Source: an uncultured Lachnospiraceae bacterium
Lineage (GTDB): Bacteria; Bacillota; Clostridia; UBA1381
Assembly (NCBI GenBank): GCA_964454725.1
Contig: CAYVUD010000001.1
Span: 1 to 35,639 of the forward strand
Reading direction: 5' to 3'
DNA: 35,639 bases
The position numbers were made by a program, and so were the translations under genes. Under the pieces are notes generated by a model that did no database searches, was not told where the DNA came from, and saw nothing but the letters and a program-made list of their open reading frames with translations. This document shows, in pieces, positions 1 through 8,832 of the stretch (positions are counted from its first letter, which is position 1; every line of letters starts with the position of its first letter).

Positions 1-39
1 GGTTCGTCCGGTAGGCGGCTATGAACTGAAATAAAAAAT

Positions 40-76
40 AAAAAACGCCTGAGTTATAAATTCAGGCGTTTTTTTG
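40..76. terminator. Bidirectional rho-independent terminator downstream of rbgA, and possibly of a + strand gene ending before position 35
   Basis: The stem ACGCCTGA (45-52) pairs with TCAGGCGT (62-69) around a 9-nt loop. An A-run lies on the left and a T-run (70-75) on the right, so either strand reads hairpin plus U-tract. Confidence 0.8.
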
Positions 77-77
77 G

Positions 78-923
78 TTACGGTCGTTCCAGCGTGATAT
101 TTCCTATTTTCGCGGCTCGCAGCTCATCAAGAAGCATATTCGCCGCGCGTTCCGTATCTGTTTCGCCGCCGGAAATGACAAAACCGCGTTTTTTTCCGAT
201 TTTTTCCAATATTTCATAGCCCTCTAAGCCGTCAACGCCGTCAAGCTTGTATCTGGCGCACAGCAAATCGGGGTAGTTATCCCGCAAAAACTCACATAAG
301 CTATAGGAGAGAAGCTCGGTGTTCATAATCTCGTCTTTGATCGCGCCCGTGTAGGCGAGACGTTTCGCGACCTCCTGATCCTCAAATTTCGGCGGAAGAA
401 TACCGGGCGTATCGAGAAGCTCAATATCGCCTTTAAGACGCAGCCACTGCTTGCCGCGGGTAACGCCGGGACGGTCGCCGGTTTTGGTGCTTGCCTTGCC
501 GATAAGACGGTTTATAAGGCTCGACTTGCCGACGTTTGGGATACCAACCATCATAATTTTAAGCGTGCGGTTGCGTCCCTTTTCCTTTTCACGGTCAAGC
601 TTATCCCGAATAAGCGCCCGCGCCTGAGACGCGACCTTATTTATGCCTTCTCCGGTGGTACAGCTTATGGGAATAACCGTAAGCCCCCTTTTTTTGTAAG
701 CCTCAATCCACGCCTTTGTAAGCTCTTTATCCGCCAAATCCGCTTTGTTCATAACCAAAAGCCGAGGCTTGTTTCTTATAATATCATCAAAATTCGGATT
801 TCTGCCGGAAAATGGGATACGCGCGTCAAGGATTTCAACAACAACGTCGATAAATTTCAGATTTTCCTCAATCAAACGGCGTGTTTTTGCCATATGCCCC
901 GGATACCACTGTAACTCCTGCAT
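78..923 (-). CDS. rbgA: Ribosome biogenesis GTPase A (YlqF/RbgA family)
   Basis: The N-terminus reads WYPGHMAKT. The G motifs are in circularly permuted order: NKADL (G4) comes before GIPNVGKSS (G1) and DTPG (G3). It sits in the rplS-lepB-ylqF arrangement conserved in Firmicutes. Confidence 0.93.
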   Translation of the reverse strand: MQELQWYPGHMAKTRRLIEENLKFIDVVVEILDARIPFSGRNPNFDDIIRNKPRLLVMNKADLADKELTKAWIEAYKKRGLTVIPISCTTGEGINKVASQARALIRDKLDREKEKGRNRTLKIMMVGIPNVGKSSLINRLIGKASTKTGDRPGVTRGKQWLRLKGDIELLDTPGILPPKFEDQEVAKRLAYTGAIKDEIMNTELLSYSLCEFLRDNYPDLLCARYKLDGVDGLEGYEILEKIGKKRGFVISGGETDTERAANMLLDELRAAKIGNITLERP

Positions 924-959
924 TATTACCTCCTGCTAAAAAGGGAATATTAAAACTAA

Positions 960-989
960 GGCAGTTTAAAAATGACTTTTTAAACTGCC
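960..989 (-). terminator. Hairpin between lepB and rbgA, a possible partial terminator
   Basis: A perfect 13-bp stem GGCAGTTTAAAAA / TTTTTAAACTGCC closes a 4-nt loop. On the minus strand it is followed by TTAGTTTT. The stem is AT-rich, so read-through is likely. Confidence 0.5.
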
Positions 990-1001
990 CCGCTTTTTAT
1001 T

Positions 1002-1640
1002 TTATCTTGTCATTCCAAAACCGCCGACAGGCCATATCCTGAGCTGCGATTTACCCAAAATCGCTTTATACGGGACCTGACCAAGCTCCGAGGAACGGCT
1101 GTCCTTGCTTCTGGGACGGTTATCGCCCATAACGAATACCATTCCATCTTCAACCGTTATCGGAAATTCGACAGTCGGATCGATGGGGGATGTTAAGCCT
1201 TCGTAATATTCCTCCTCAAGCTCCTCGCCGTCAATATAAACCTTGCCGTCAATTAAATCTATCGTTTGTCCGGGCATCGCGATAATCCTTTTGACATAAT
1301 ATTTTTTCTTGAGGCTTTCCGGCATATCCTTGCGCGCCAAGAGCCTGTCGAAGAAACCGAAATCCGAATCGCCGTTGGCTTCGGCGATATTGTTATAGTA
1401 TTCCTCGCGGTTTTTGTACTCGCTGTCGAGGATTATTATATCGCCCTGCTTCGGCTTATAGCCGAGCTTTGTAACGATAAGGCGGTCGCCGTCAACGAGA
1501 GTTGGGAACATACTTGAGCCGTCCACCTTTACTATATCAAATATGAAGCCTTTTATAATCATAGCTATAGCGACCGCTATGGCTATTGTATAGACCCATT
1601 CCCATATTTCTTTGCCTAAGCTTTTCTTTTCTTCGCTCAT
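1002..1640 (-). CDS. lepB: Signal peptidase I (S26 family)
   Basis: It has an N-terminal TM helix, the catalytic Ser box SSMFPTL, the Lys box VKRIIAMPGQ and box E GDNRPRSKDSR. I moved the start to the ATG at 1640 (MSEEKK), which lies 9 nt after GGAGG. The ORF-track start at 1661 has no RBS. Confidence 0.9.
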   Translation of the reverse strand: MSEEKKSLGKEIWEWVYTIAIAVAIAMIIKGFIFDIVKVDGSSMFPTLVDGDRLIVTKLGYKPKQGDIIILDSEYKNREEYYNNIAEANGDSDFGFFDRLLARKDMPESLKKKYYVKRIIAMPGQTIDLIDGKVYIDGEELEEEYYEGLTSPIDPTVEFPITVEDGMVFVMGDNRPRSKDSRSSELGQVPYKAILGKSQLRIWPVGGFGMTR

Positions 1641-1672
1641 TATTACCATCCTCCGAAACAATTATTAGCATA

Positions 1673-1700
1673 ATTATACCATATCTATATTAAAAATCAA
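1673..1700 (-). promoter_or_regulatory. Candidate sigma-A promoter for lepB(-rbgA)
   Basis: The minus strand reads TTGATT-16 nt-TATAAT, about 30 nt upstream of the lepB RBS. Confidence 0.5.
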
Positions 1701-1800
1701 TGAATAAATTATTAATTTTCTGTTATTTTCACAATACAAAGCTAAACGCTTATCTTGACTTGCCGGAAAAATGCCGGCAAAGCCGGTTTAAGAACAAGAT

Positions 1801-1830
1801 AAAACGGGACATTTGTATGTCCCGTTTTTT
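1801..1830 (-). terminator. rho-independent terminator after rplS
   Basis: The stem CGGGACA (1805-1811) pairs with TGTCCCG (1818-1824) around a 6-nt loop. On the minus strand the hairpin is followed by TTTTATCTTGTT. Confidence 0.75.
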
Positions 1831-1842
1831 AATCTCAAGGAA

Positions 1843-2196
1843 TTATATTCTTTCCTTAACCTTGGCGGCCTTACCGACTCTGTCACGCAGATAGAACAGT
1901 CTGGCGCGTCTGACCTTACCCTTTCTCGAAACCTCGATTTTCTCGATGTTGGGCGAGTTTACAGGCCACGTCTTTTCAACGCCTACGCCGTAGGAAATAC
2001 GTCTTACGGTAAACGTCTCGGCAATTCCGCCGCCCTGCTTTTTGATGATCGTACCCTCAAACATCTGAGTTCTTGTTCTCGAACCCTCGACAATCTTCTG
2101 GTAAACCTTTACGTTGTTGCCAACCACAAGCTCGGGCAGGTCTGTTCTGATTTGGTCTTTTGTCAAAGCGTTAATGATTTCGTTTGCGTTCATCAT
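1843..2196 (-). CDS. rplS: 50S ribosomal protein L19
   Basis: The 117-aa protein shows the full-length L19 pattern ([28 protein letters not shown]...[18 protein letters not shown]...[10 protein letters not shown]). AAGGAGG lies upstream. Confidence 0.97.
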   Translation of the reverse strand: MMNANEIINALTKDQIRTDLPELVVGNNVKVYQKIVEGSRTRTQMFEGTIIKKQGGGIAETFTVRRISYGVGVEKTWPVNSPNIEKIEVSRKGKVRRARLFYLRDRVGKAAKVKERI

Positions 2197-2263
2197 TAAT
2201 TCCTCCTTAATTCTTAGACGTTCGTGCCGACCGAGGCAGAGGACCGCCCGTAATAACTATGTG

Positions 2264-2292
2264 ATTATATCACAGTTAATAGGGAAATGCAA
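2264..2292 (-). promoter_or_regulatory. Sigma-A promoter of rplS
   Basis: The minus strand reads TTGCAT (2292-2287), a 17-nt spacer, then TGaTATAAT (extended -10, hexamer 2269-2264). This leaves a leader of about 60 nt before the rplS ATG. Confidence 0.75.
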
Positions 2293-2339
2293 GCTTTTTT
2301 TGAAATTTTTTGACTTTTTGTATTTTGCCTAATACAAGA

Positions 2340-3875
2340 TTATTCCCCGTAAATATAAATCCCCGTATTGCTTCCGCTTTCGGAATAGGCGGTTATATAA
2401 TACTCTCCGTCCTCCGGCACGGTCATTTGGAAGCTGCCGCGCGTCTTGTCCTCGCGCTCGTCGTAGATAATCTCACCCGTCAGAGCGTTGTGTACCGATA
2501 CGGGAACGTCGTCTGAGCCGCTTATCTTATTGACCGACAGCTTGTCGCCGCTCTTTACCGCGAAGCTGCCGCTTGCGGATTCCCCGTTTTCAAAATCCGT
2601 GTTAAATATATACGAGGTCCGCGGTTCGGTTTGCGTTTCAAAAACATCGCGCGGTTTCTCCGCGTCTGACTGTTCATACGGAATTTCTTCGGGCAAATCC
2701 GGATTTTCGGCTAAGGTATCGTTGATTTCGGGCTGAATATTGTCGCCCTCTTCGGTTATATTCTCGGAATAATCCTCCGTTTGGGCTGAATCGGCGGGCG
2801 TATCGATCGCGGGCGAAACGTCCGGCTCGACAAGCGTCGTCGGGGCGACTTCCTCCAATGGGACCTCGGCGGGCATAGCTATCGGTATAATTTGTTTTAC
2901 TTCCTCCGGCATAACCTCCGCCGCAGTCTTAAAGCCAAACGCCGTAAGAGCCGAAACCGAGCAGGCGAAAACTATCATAATCCCCGCGATTTTTGAAGCC
3001 TTTGTCGGTATTTTAAATTCGACGATTTTGCGAAGCCGCGTCTGTATGCCGTCCTTTGCCGACGCCATTGACGTTGTGTAGGCGAGCCGTGAATTAAGCT
3101 CCGTTTCTATAACCGATAAAATAAGGCTGCCGTAGGATTTTTTATCCTCCGCGTTTAAATGCTTTATAACCGTTTCGTCACAGAAAAGCTCGCAGGTTTC
3201 GGTAATCGATTTTCCCATAAAGTAAACGGCGGGGTTGAACCAATGGACGCACTGAGCGATTGACGCGCCCAAAGAAATCCATAAATCACAGTGCTTACAG
3301 TGCGTCAGCTCGTGAGCTAAAATCATTTCCAGCTCTTTTTTGGAAAAGCTTTTATCGGGAATTATGATTACCGGTCGGAATATCCCGAAAAGCAGCGGCG
3401 ATTTTAGATATTTACTCTCCAAAAGTTCAATGTTTTTGCGTATTCCGAGCCTTTTGCACACCGAAAAATATATTTCAAGCGTTTCCGCAGAGTAACATTT
3501 TTTCGTAAGCTGTCTGAGAGTTTTGGCTGTTTTTATGTACTTTACGGCAATCCTCGCCAAAAGAGAGAGCAGAACCGCAAACCATACCGCGATTATTATA
3601 TGAGCCGCGGTAATACGCGACGCTATCGTTTCCGCCGCGCCGCTTAAAGTAATCGCGCCGCCTAAGCTCATATTGAGCGTTTTTGGTACGGTAACGCTGA
3701 AAACGCGGGGTATTTCTAGTATCTTCTGTATCGGTACCAAGAGCATTATAACCGAGGTTATAAGCATAGCGTACTGCCAAACACAGTAGCGGGTCCGCTT
3801 GGCGAACAAACGCGACAGGAGATACATCAGTGTTCCCGACACGCTCATAAGCAACAGTGTATAAATATTCGTCAT
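2340..3875 (-). CDS. BlaR1/MecR1-family (peptidase M56) membrane sensor-protease with a non-PBP C-terminal ectodomain
   Basis: Three N-terminal TM helices are followed by a cytoplasmic zinc-protease domain with HEXXH (LAHELTHCKHCD) and a fourth TM (IAGIMIVFACSVSALTAFGF). After that come an acidic/Pro-rich linker and a beta-rich C-terminal domain of about 95 aa. The gene starts 14 nt after the blaI-like gene and has a GAGGTG RBS. Confidence 0.85.
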   Translation of the reverse strand: MTNIYTLLLMSVSGTLMYLLSRLFAKRTRYCVWQYAMLITSVIMLLVPIQKILEIPRVFSVTVPKTLNMSLGGAITLSGAAETIASRITAAHIIIAVWFAVLLSLLARIAVKYIKTAKTLRQLTKKCYSAETLEIYFSVCKRLGIRKNIELLESKYLKSPLLFGIFRPVIIIPDKSFSKKELEMILAHELTHCKHCDLWISLGASIAQCVHWFNPAVYFMGKSITETCELFCDETVIKHLNAEDKKSYGSLILSVIETELNSRLAYTTSMASAKDGIQTRLRKIVEFKIPTKASKIAGIMIVFACSVSALTAFGFKTAAEVMPEEVKQIIPIAMPAEVPLEEVAPTTLVEPDVSPAIDTPADSAQTEDYSENITEEGDNIQPEINDTLAENPDLPEEIPYEQSDAEKPRDVFETQTEPRTSYIFNTDFENGESASGSFAVKSGDKLSVNKISGSDDVPVSVHNALTGEIIYDEREDKTRGSFQMTVPEDGEYYITAYSESGSNTGIYIYGE

Positions 3876-3889
3876 TTATATTCACCTCT

Positions 3890-4249
3890 TTACAGGCTGT
3901 CAAACCATTCCTTAATTTCCGCAAGCTCCGCGCTGTCGGGCTGTTTGCCCCTTGTGAGCGAAGCTAAAAGACTCGTTACCGACCCCTTGTGCATTTCGTT
4001 AAGAAATTCCTCGGTTTGTCCCTGCTTGTATTCGTCCTCGGTTATTTTAGCTCTGTAAAAATTTGTCTTGCCTTCTTTTCTGACGTCCAGCACGCCCTTG
4101 TCGCAAAGCCGCTTCAAAAAAGTCATTACGGTTGTCGGTTTCCACGTTTCTTTTAACCGCTCGATTAAATCCGCGCTCGTGACCTCCTTGCCCTTTTGCC
4201 AGATTATACGCATAAGCTCCATTTCCGAGCCTGAAATTTTTGCCGCCAT
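3890..4249 (-). CDS. BlaI/MecI/CopY-family transcriptional repressor
   Basis: The 119-aa protein has the family's N-terminal winged-helix signature (SEMELMRIIWQKG...TSADLIERL...WKPTTVMTFLKRLCDKGVL...EGKTNFY). It sits directly upstream of an M56 gene. Confidence 0.9.
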   Translation of the reverse strand: MAAKISGSEMELMRIIWQKGKEVTSADLIERLKETWKPTTVMTFLKRLCDKGVLDVRKEGKTNFYRAKITEDEYKQGQTEEFLNEMHKGSVTSLLASLTRGKQPDSAELAEIKEWFDSL

Positions 4250-4286
4250 TTACATTATCCTCCTCATATCGCGTCCGATATATTTT

Positions 4287-4324
4287 CTACATAGTGTAGT
4301 ATAGTTATATACTACACTATGTAG
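4287..4324. promoter_or_regulatory. Double-dyad operator, the predicted BlaI-type repressor site
   Basis: A perfect inverted repeat has 17-nt arms (CTACATAGTGTAGTATA / TATACTACACTATGTAG) and a 4-nt spacer. Each arm contains its own CTACA-N3-TGTAG dyad, which is the TACA/TGTA type. It lies 38 nt upstream of the blaI-like ATG. Confidence 0.75.
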
Positions 4325-4439
4325 TTCCATTTGTCAAGAGCTTTTTATAAATTTTCCGCGATTTTTTAAACATCAATTTTTTTGACATATTCAATAAATT
4401 TTCAGCGTATGGATAATATGGTAAACGGAGGATTAACAT

Positions 4440-5558
4440 ATGAAATTCAAAACAATAGTAATTACGCGAAAAAAGCTTATATTTACTTTTATATGCGCCG
4501 CCGCGGCCGCTGCGGCGGGCGTGTTCGCGGCGGTTGTCGGGACAAGCAGCGCCGCGATTGAGACGTTTAAAGCGGGGGATAGCGTATATGAGGGTATTTT
4601 ATCCGAAGGTCTGCCGACCGAGGAAACGGAAAAATTCAATCTTGGGGATTTTGTGAAAAGGGTCGCGGGCATTGATTTCAGCGCGCCCGAAAGCATAATT
4701 TCGCAATATTCCGCCTCGTTTGATTCCACGCTCCCGAAAAACGACAGCGAAGAGCCTGAAAACGACGGTGATAAGACTCCGCCCGAACCGACGCCGCCAG
4801 TTTCCGAACCGGAGCTTCCGACGAAGGAGCGGATTTGCTCGTCCTCGGGGCTTGACATAAACAACGCCACCGGCTATGACGTTAATTTAGACGCTATGTG
4901 CGCCGAGGATTTGAACTTTTCCGTTGATGAGAGCGGGCCGCAGGTTCTTGTTGTGCATACGCACACGACAGAATGTTACGACGGCGACGCTATGTCGGGC
5001 GAAACCGAACGCACGACGGACGACGCGAAAAATGTTATCGCGGTAGGGGAGGTAATTTGCCAAACGCTTGAGGAATACGGCATAAAAACGTATCACGATA
5101 CCACTTATCACGACTATCCGTCTTATCAGGGCGCGTACACCCGCGCGCTTACGACCATAACAAACTTTCTCGCGGAAAATCCGTCGGTCAAAATGGTGCT
5201 TGACGTGCATCGCGACGCGTTCATCTACTCCGACGGCTCCAAGCTAAAGGTAAGCTGCGAGCAAAACGGTGTTCCGACAGCCAAGGTTATGCTTGTCTGC
5301 GGCAGCGACAGTATGGGGCTTGAGCATAAAAACTGGCGCGAAAACCTCAAGCTTGCCGCAAAAATACAGAACGCCGCCGAAATAATGTATCCGGGACTTA
5401 TGAGACCGGTGAATTTAAGAACGGAACGGTTCAATATGCATATGACCGACGGAAGTCTTTTAATCGAGGTGGGCAGCAACGGCAACACGCTCGACGAAGC
5501 GAAGGAGGGCGGGCGCGACGTCGCCCGCGCGATCGCGGCTGTTTTGAAAAATCAGTGA
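4440..5558 (+). CDS. spoIIP: Stage II sporulation protein P (SpoIIP, engulfment amidase/endopeptidase)
   Basis: It has an N-terminal TM anchor and the SpoIIP-family blocks VLVVHTHTTECY, VLDVHRDA and LLIEVGSNGNTLDEA. The spoIIP-lepA neighbourhood matches Bacillus. The RBS is ACGGAGG. Confidence 0.88.
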   Translation: MKFKTIVITRKKLIFTFICAAAAAAAGVFAAVVGTSSAAIETFKAGDSVYEGILSEGLPTEETEKFNLGDFVKRVAGIDFSAPESIISQYSASFDSTLPKNDSEEPENDGDKTPPEPTPPVSEPELPTKERICSSSGLDINNATGYDVNLDAMCAEDLNFSVDESGPQVLVVHTHTTECYDGDAMSGETERTTDDAKNVIAVGEVICQTLEEYGIKTYHDTTYHDYPSYQGAYTRALTTITNFLAENPSVKMVLDVHRDAFIYSDGSKLKVSCEQNGVPTAKVMLVCGSDSMGLEHKNWRENLKLAAKIQNAAEIMYPGLMRPVNLRTERFNMHMTDGSLLIEVGSNGNTLDEAKEGGRDVARAIAAVLKNQ

Positions 5559-5565
5559 AATAATA

Positions 5566-5594
5566 TTTACAACGGGGGAAAAATATGTTATAAT
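5566..5594 (+). promoter_or_regulatory. Sigma-A promoter of lepA
   Basis: TTTACA (5566-5571), a 17-nt spacer, then TGtTATAAT (hexamer 5589-5594). Confidence 0.65.
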
Positions 5595-5629
5595 AAACGT
5601 ATATTTAATTAATTCGGGAGAAAGTAATA

Positions 5630-7438
5630 ATGTCAAATTCAAGGCAGGACAAAATCAGGAATTTCTGCATAATCGCGCATATTGACCACGGTAAGTCCAC
5701 TCTTGCCGACAGGCTTCTGGAGCTTACCGGCGAGGTCGAGGAGCGCGATATGGAGGAGCAGCTTCTTGACAATATGGATTTGGAGCGTGAGCGCGGAATT
5801 ACCATAAAGGCGCACGCGGTAACGCTAAAATACAAACACGGTGACGGCGAGATTTATACGCTCAATCTTATCGACACGCCCGGGCACGTAGACTTTAACT
5901 ATGAGGTTTCGCGCTCTCTTGCCGCGTGCGAGGGCGCTATCCTTATCGTTGACGCTTCGCAGGGAATAGAGGCGCAGACTCTCGCGAACACGTATCTGGC
6001 GATCGACCACGATTTGGAGGTTGTGCCGGTAATAAACAAAATCGATTTGCCCTCGGCTCAGCCCGAACACGTAATAAGAGAAATCGAGGACGTAATCGGC
6101 ATACCCGCCGAGGACGCGCCGAAAATTTCGGCAAAAACAGGTCTTAACGTCGAATCTGTTCTGGAGGAAATAGTCGAGAAAATTCCGGCTCCGTCGGGAG
6201 ATGAGAACGCGCCTTTGCAGGCTCTTATATTCGACTCGTACTACGACAGCTACAAGGGAGTTATCGTTTATGTAAGAGTTAAGGACGGCTCCTTAAAGCC
6301 CGGGCAGAAAATAAAAATGATGGCTACGGGCGCGCGGTTTGAGGTAGTAGAGGTCGGAGTAATGCACCCGTCGGGTCTGAGGCAGACGGACGGCTTATAT
6401 GCCGGCGACGTAGGCTATATCGCGGCGAGTATTAAAAATATTCAGGAAACGCGCGTCGGCGATACGGTAACGACCGTTTCAAATCCGGCGGACAAGCCGC
6501 TTCCGGGCTATAAGAAGGTAAATCCGATGGTTTACTGCGGCATATATCCCGCGGACGGCGCGCAGTATGAGGATTTAAAAGACGCGCTTTTGAAATTGCA
6601 GCTAAACGACGCGGCGCTTATGTTTGAGGCGGAAACGTCGGTTGCGCTGGGCTTCGGTTTCCGCTGCGGATTTTTGGGACTTCTGCATATGGAAATCATA
6701 CAGGAGCGTCTGGAGAGAGAATACAATCTTGACCTCGTAACGACCGCGCCGAGCGTTATTTATAAGGTATACAAGACGAACGGCGAAATGGTGTGGTGCG
6801 ACAACCCGACAAATCTTCCCGACCCGGGCGAGATAGAGCATATGGAAGAGCCTATGGTAAAGGCTGCGATTATGGTGCCGAAGGACTTTGTGGGAAACGT
6901 AATGGAGCTGTGTCAGGAGCGGCGCGGGATATATAAGGATATGACGTATATGGACGAAACCCGCGCGGAAATATTCTACGAGCTGCCGCTTAACGAGATA
7001 ATTTACGACTTTTTCGACGCGCTAAAGTCGCGTACAAAGGGCTACGCGTCGTTCGACTACGAGCTTTGCGGCTATGCCAAATCAGACCTTGTAAAGCTCG
7101 ATATTCTCCTAAACGGCGAAATGGTTGACGCGCTCTCGTTTATAGTGCATAAGGACAACGCGTACAATCGCGGACGAAAAATGACCGAAAAGCTCAAGGA
7201 AGCCATACCGCGCCAGCTTTTCGAGGTGCCTATTCAGGCGGCTATCGGTTCAAAGATAATCGCGCGCGAAACGGTAAGGGCGCTGAGAAAAGATGTTTTG
7301 GCGAAGTGCTACGGCGGAGACATAACGAGAAAAAAGAAGCTTCTGGAAAAGCAAAAAGAAGGCAAGAAGCGTATGAGACAGGTGGGAAGCGTGGAAGTGC
7401 CTCAGGAGGCGTTTATGTCGGTTCTTAAGTTGGACTAA
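5630..7438 (+). CDS. lepA: Translation elongation factor 4 (LepA/EF4)
   Basis: The N-terminus [23 protein letters not shown] (G1) is followed by DTPGHVDF (G3) and NKIDLP (G4). The 602-aa length and the LepA-specific C-terminal region fit. Confidence 0.97.
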   Translation: MSNSRQDKIRNFCIIAHIDHGKSTLADRLLELTGEVEERDMEEQLLDNMDLERERGITIKAHAVTLKYKHGDGEIYTLNLIDTPGHVDFNYEVSRSLAACEGAILIVDASQGIEAQTLANTYLAIDHDLEVVPVINKIDLPSAQPEHVIREIEDVIGIPAEDAPKISAKTGLNVESVLEEIVEKIPAPSGDENAPLQALIFDSYYDSYKGVIVYVRVKDGSLKPGQKIKMMATGARFEVVEVGVMHPSGLRQTDGLYAGDVGYIAASIKNIQETRVGDTVTTVSNPADKPLPGYKKVNPMVYCGIYPADGAQYEDLKDALLKLQLNDAALMFEAETSVALGFGFRCGFLGLLHMEIIQERLEREYNLDLVTTAPSVIYKVYKTNGEMVWCDNPTNLPDPGEIEHMEEPMVKAAIMVPKDFVGNVMELCQERRGIYKDMTYMDETRAEIFYELPLNEIIYDFFDALKSRTKGYASFDYELCGYAKSDLVKLDILLNGEMVDALSFIVHKDNAYNRGRKMTEKLKEAIPRQLFEVPIQAAIGSKIIARETVRALRKDVLAKCYGGDITRKKKLLEKQKEGKKRMRQVGSVEVPQEAFMSVLKLD

Positions 7439-7448
7439 GGAGGAAATT

Positions 7449-8822
7449 ATGACTAAGCTTGAGGAATTTAAGCAAAATATAAAGGGTAAAACGGTTACCG
7501 TTATCGGTATCGGCATTTCCAATCTGCCGCTTATAAAATACCTTGTTTCTTTGTGCGCGGGCGAGGTTCACGCCTGCGACAGGCGTTCGCGCGAAAAGCT
7601 CGGCGAAACGGCGGACGATTTGGAAAAGCTCGGCGTAAAACTGCATTTGGGAGACGATTATCTCGAGTACCTTACGGGCGATATAATCTTCCGCACCCCG
7701 GGGCTTCGTTACGACGTACCGCAGCTTGCGGCGGCGAGAAACAGAGGCGCGAGGGTAACGAGCGAAATGGAGGTATTTCTCGAAATTTGCCCGTCGCACA
7801 AAATCGCGGTAACGGGAAGCGACGGCAAGACCACAACGACGACGCTTATCCACAAAATGCTCACCGAAGCGGGGTATACGACGTGGCTCGGCGGCAACAT
7901 CGGAAATCCGCTTCTTACCGAAACGGAGAAAATGAAGCCGGAGGACTGGGTAATTCTTGAGCTTTCCTCGTTCCAGCTCCACACTATGCAAACGTCGCCC
8001 GAGATTGCGGTCGTGACCAATTTAAGTCCCAATCATCTTGATTATCACAAGGATTATCGGGAATATACAGACGCGAAAAAGAACATATTCCTGCACCAGG
8101 ATAAAAACGGCATAGCGGTTCTTAACGCCGACAATCCCGACAGCGTTCCGTTAGCGAACGAGGCGAAAGGGATAGTAAAGCGGTTTTCGAGAAAGACTAA
8201 GGCTGACGTATACCTTGACGGCGATATTATAAAGCGCGGCGAAACACCGGTTTTGAATATAAAGGATATTAAAATTCCCGGTATGCACAATGTCGAGAAT
8301 TATATGGCTGCGATTGCCGCCGTAGACGGGCTTGTCGGCGACGACGCAATAGTGAAAATCGCTAAGGAGTTCGGCGGGGTGGAACACAGGATAGAGCTTG
8401 TCCGCACGCTTGACGGCGTTCGCTACTACAACAGCTCCATTGACTCAAGCCCCAACCGCACCGTAAACACGCTTCGCGTGTTCCCCGAGAAGGTAATTAT
8501 GATCGCGGGCGGCAAGGATAAGGGCATACCCTACGACGCGGTTGGTCCGGCGATTGCGGAACACGTTAAAACGCTCATTCTCATCGGCGCGACGTCGGAT
8601 AAAATCGAGGAGGCGCTGAAAAAGGAAATAAAAGCGACCGGCAGGGGCGCGGACGTTGAGGTTATACGCGCCGCCTCATACGAGGACGCGGTCAATACCG
8701 CGAAAACGAAGGCTCAAAAGGGCGACGTTGTACTTTTGTCGCCCGCAAGCACGAGCTTCGATATGTTCAACAACTTTATGGAACGAGGAAATTTGTTCAA
8801 AGACTTGGTAAATAAACTTTAA
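7449..8822 (+). CDS. murD: UDP-N-acetylmuramoyl-L-alanine--D-glutamate ligase
   Basis: It has an N-terminal Rossmann-like GIGISN, the Mur-ligase P-loop VTGSDGKTTTTT, and GGNIGNPLL, LSPNHLDYH and the C-terminal SPASTSFDMF block typical of MurD. Confidence 0.9.
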   Translation: MTKLEEFKQNIKGKTVTVIGIGISNLPLIKYLVSLCAGEVHACDRRSREKLGETADDLEKLGVKLHLGDDYLEYLTGDIIFRTPGLRYDVPQLAAARNRGARVTSEMEVFLEICPSHKIAVTGSDGKTTTTTLIHKMLTEAGYTTWLGGNIGNPLLTETEKMKPEDWVILELSSFQLHTMQTSPEIAVVTNLSPNHLDYHKDYREYTDAKKNIFLHQDKNGIAVLNADNPDSVPLANEAKGIVKRFSRKTKADVYLDGDIIKRGETPVLNIKDIKIPGMHNVENYMAAIAAVDGLVGDDAIVKIAKEFGGVEHRIELVRTLDGVRYYNSSIDSSPNRTVNTLRVFPEKVIMIAGGKDKGIPYDAVGPAIAEHVKTLILIGATSDKIEEALKKEIKATGRGADVEVIRAASYEDAVNTAKTKAQKGDVVLLSPASTSFDMFNNFMERGNLFKDLVNKL

Positions 8823-8832
8823 GGAATAAATT

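Noticed and set aside
1641-1661. N-terminal extensions in the ORF track: lepB MFRRMVI, spoIVB MRGGDK (27977-27994) and bioY (29001-29093).
   Set aside because: The extensions start at codons with no Shine-Dalgarno sequence. In bioY the TTG is actually the promoter -35 hexamer. Internal ATGs with properly spaced RBS give N-termini typical of the families.
7425-7991. Long antisense or off-frame ORFs overlap confident genes. Examples are 7425-7991(-), 7553-7960(+), 4433-4870(-), 11705-12142(-), 13163-13699(+), 30983-31510(+), 33758-34306(+), 34149-34808(+), 34899-35510(+) and 3475-3924(-).
   Set aside because: Each lies fully inside or opposite a gene with strong family motifs. They lack an RBS, and their Arg/Ser/Cys-rich low-complexity translations are typical of shadow frames.
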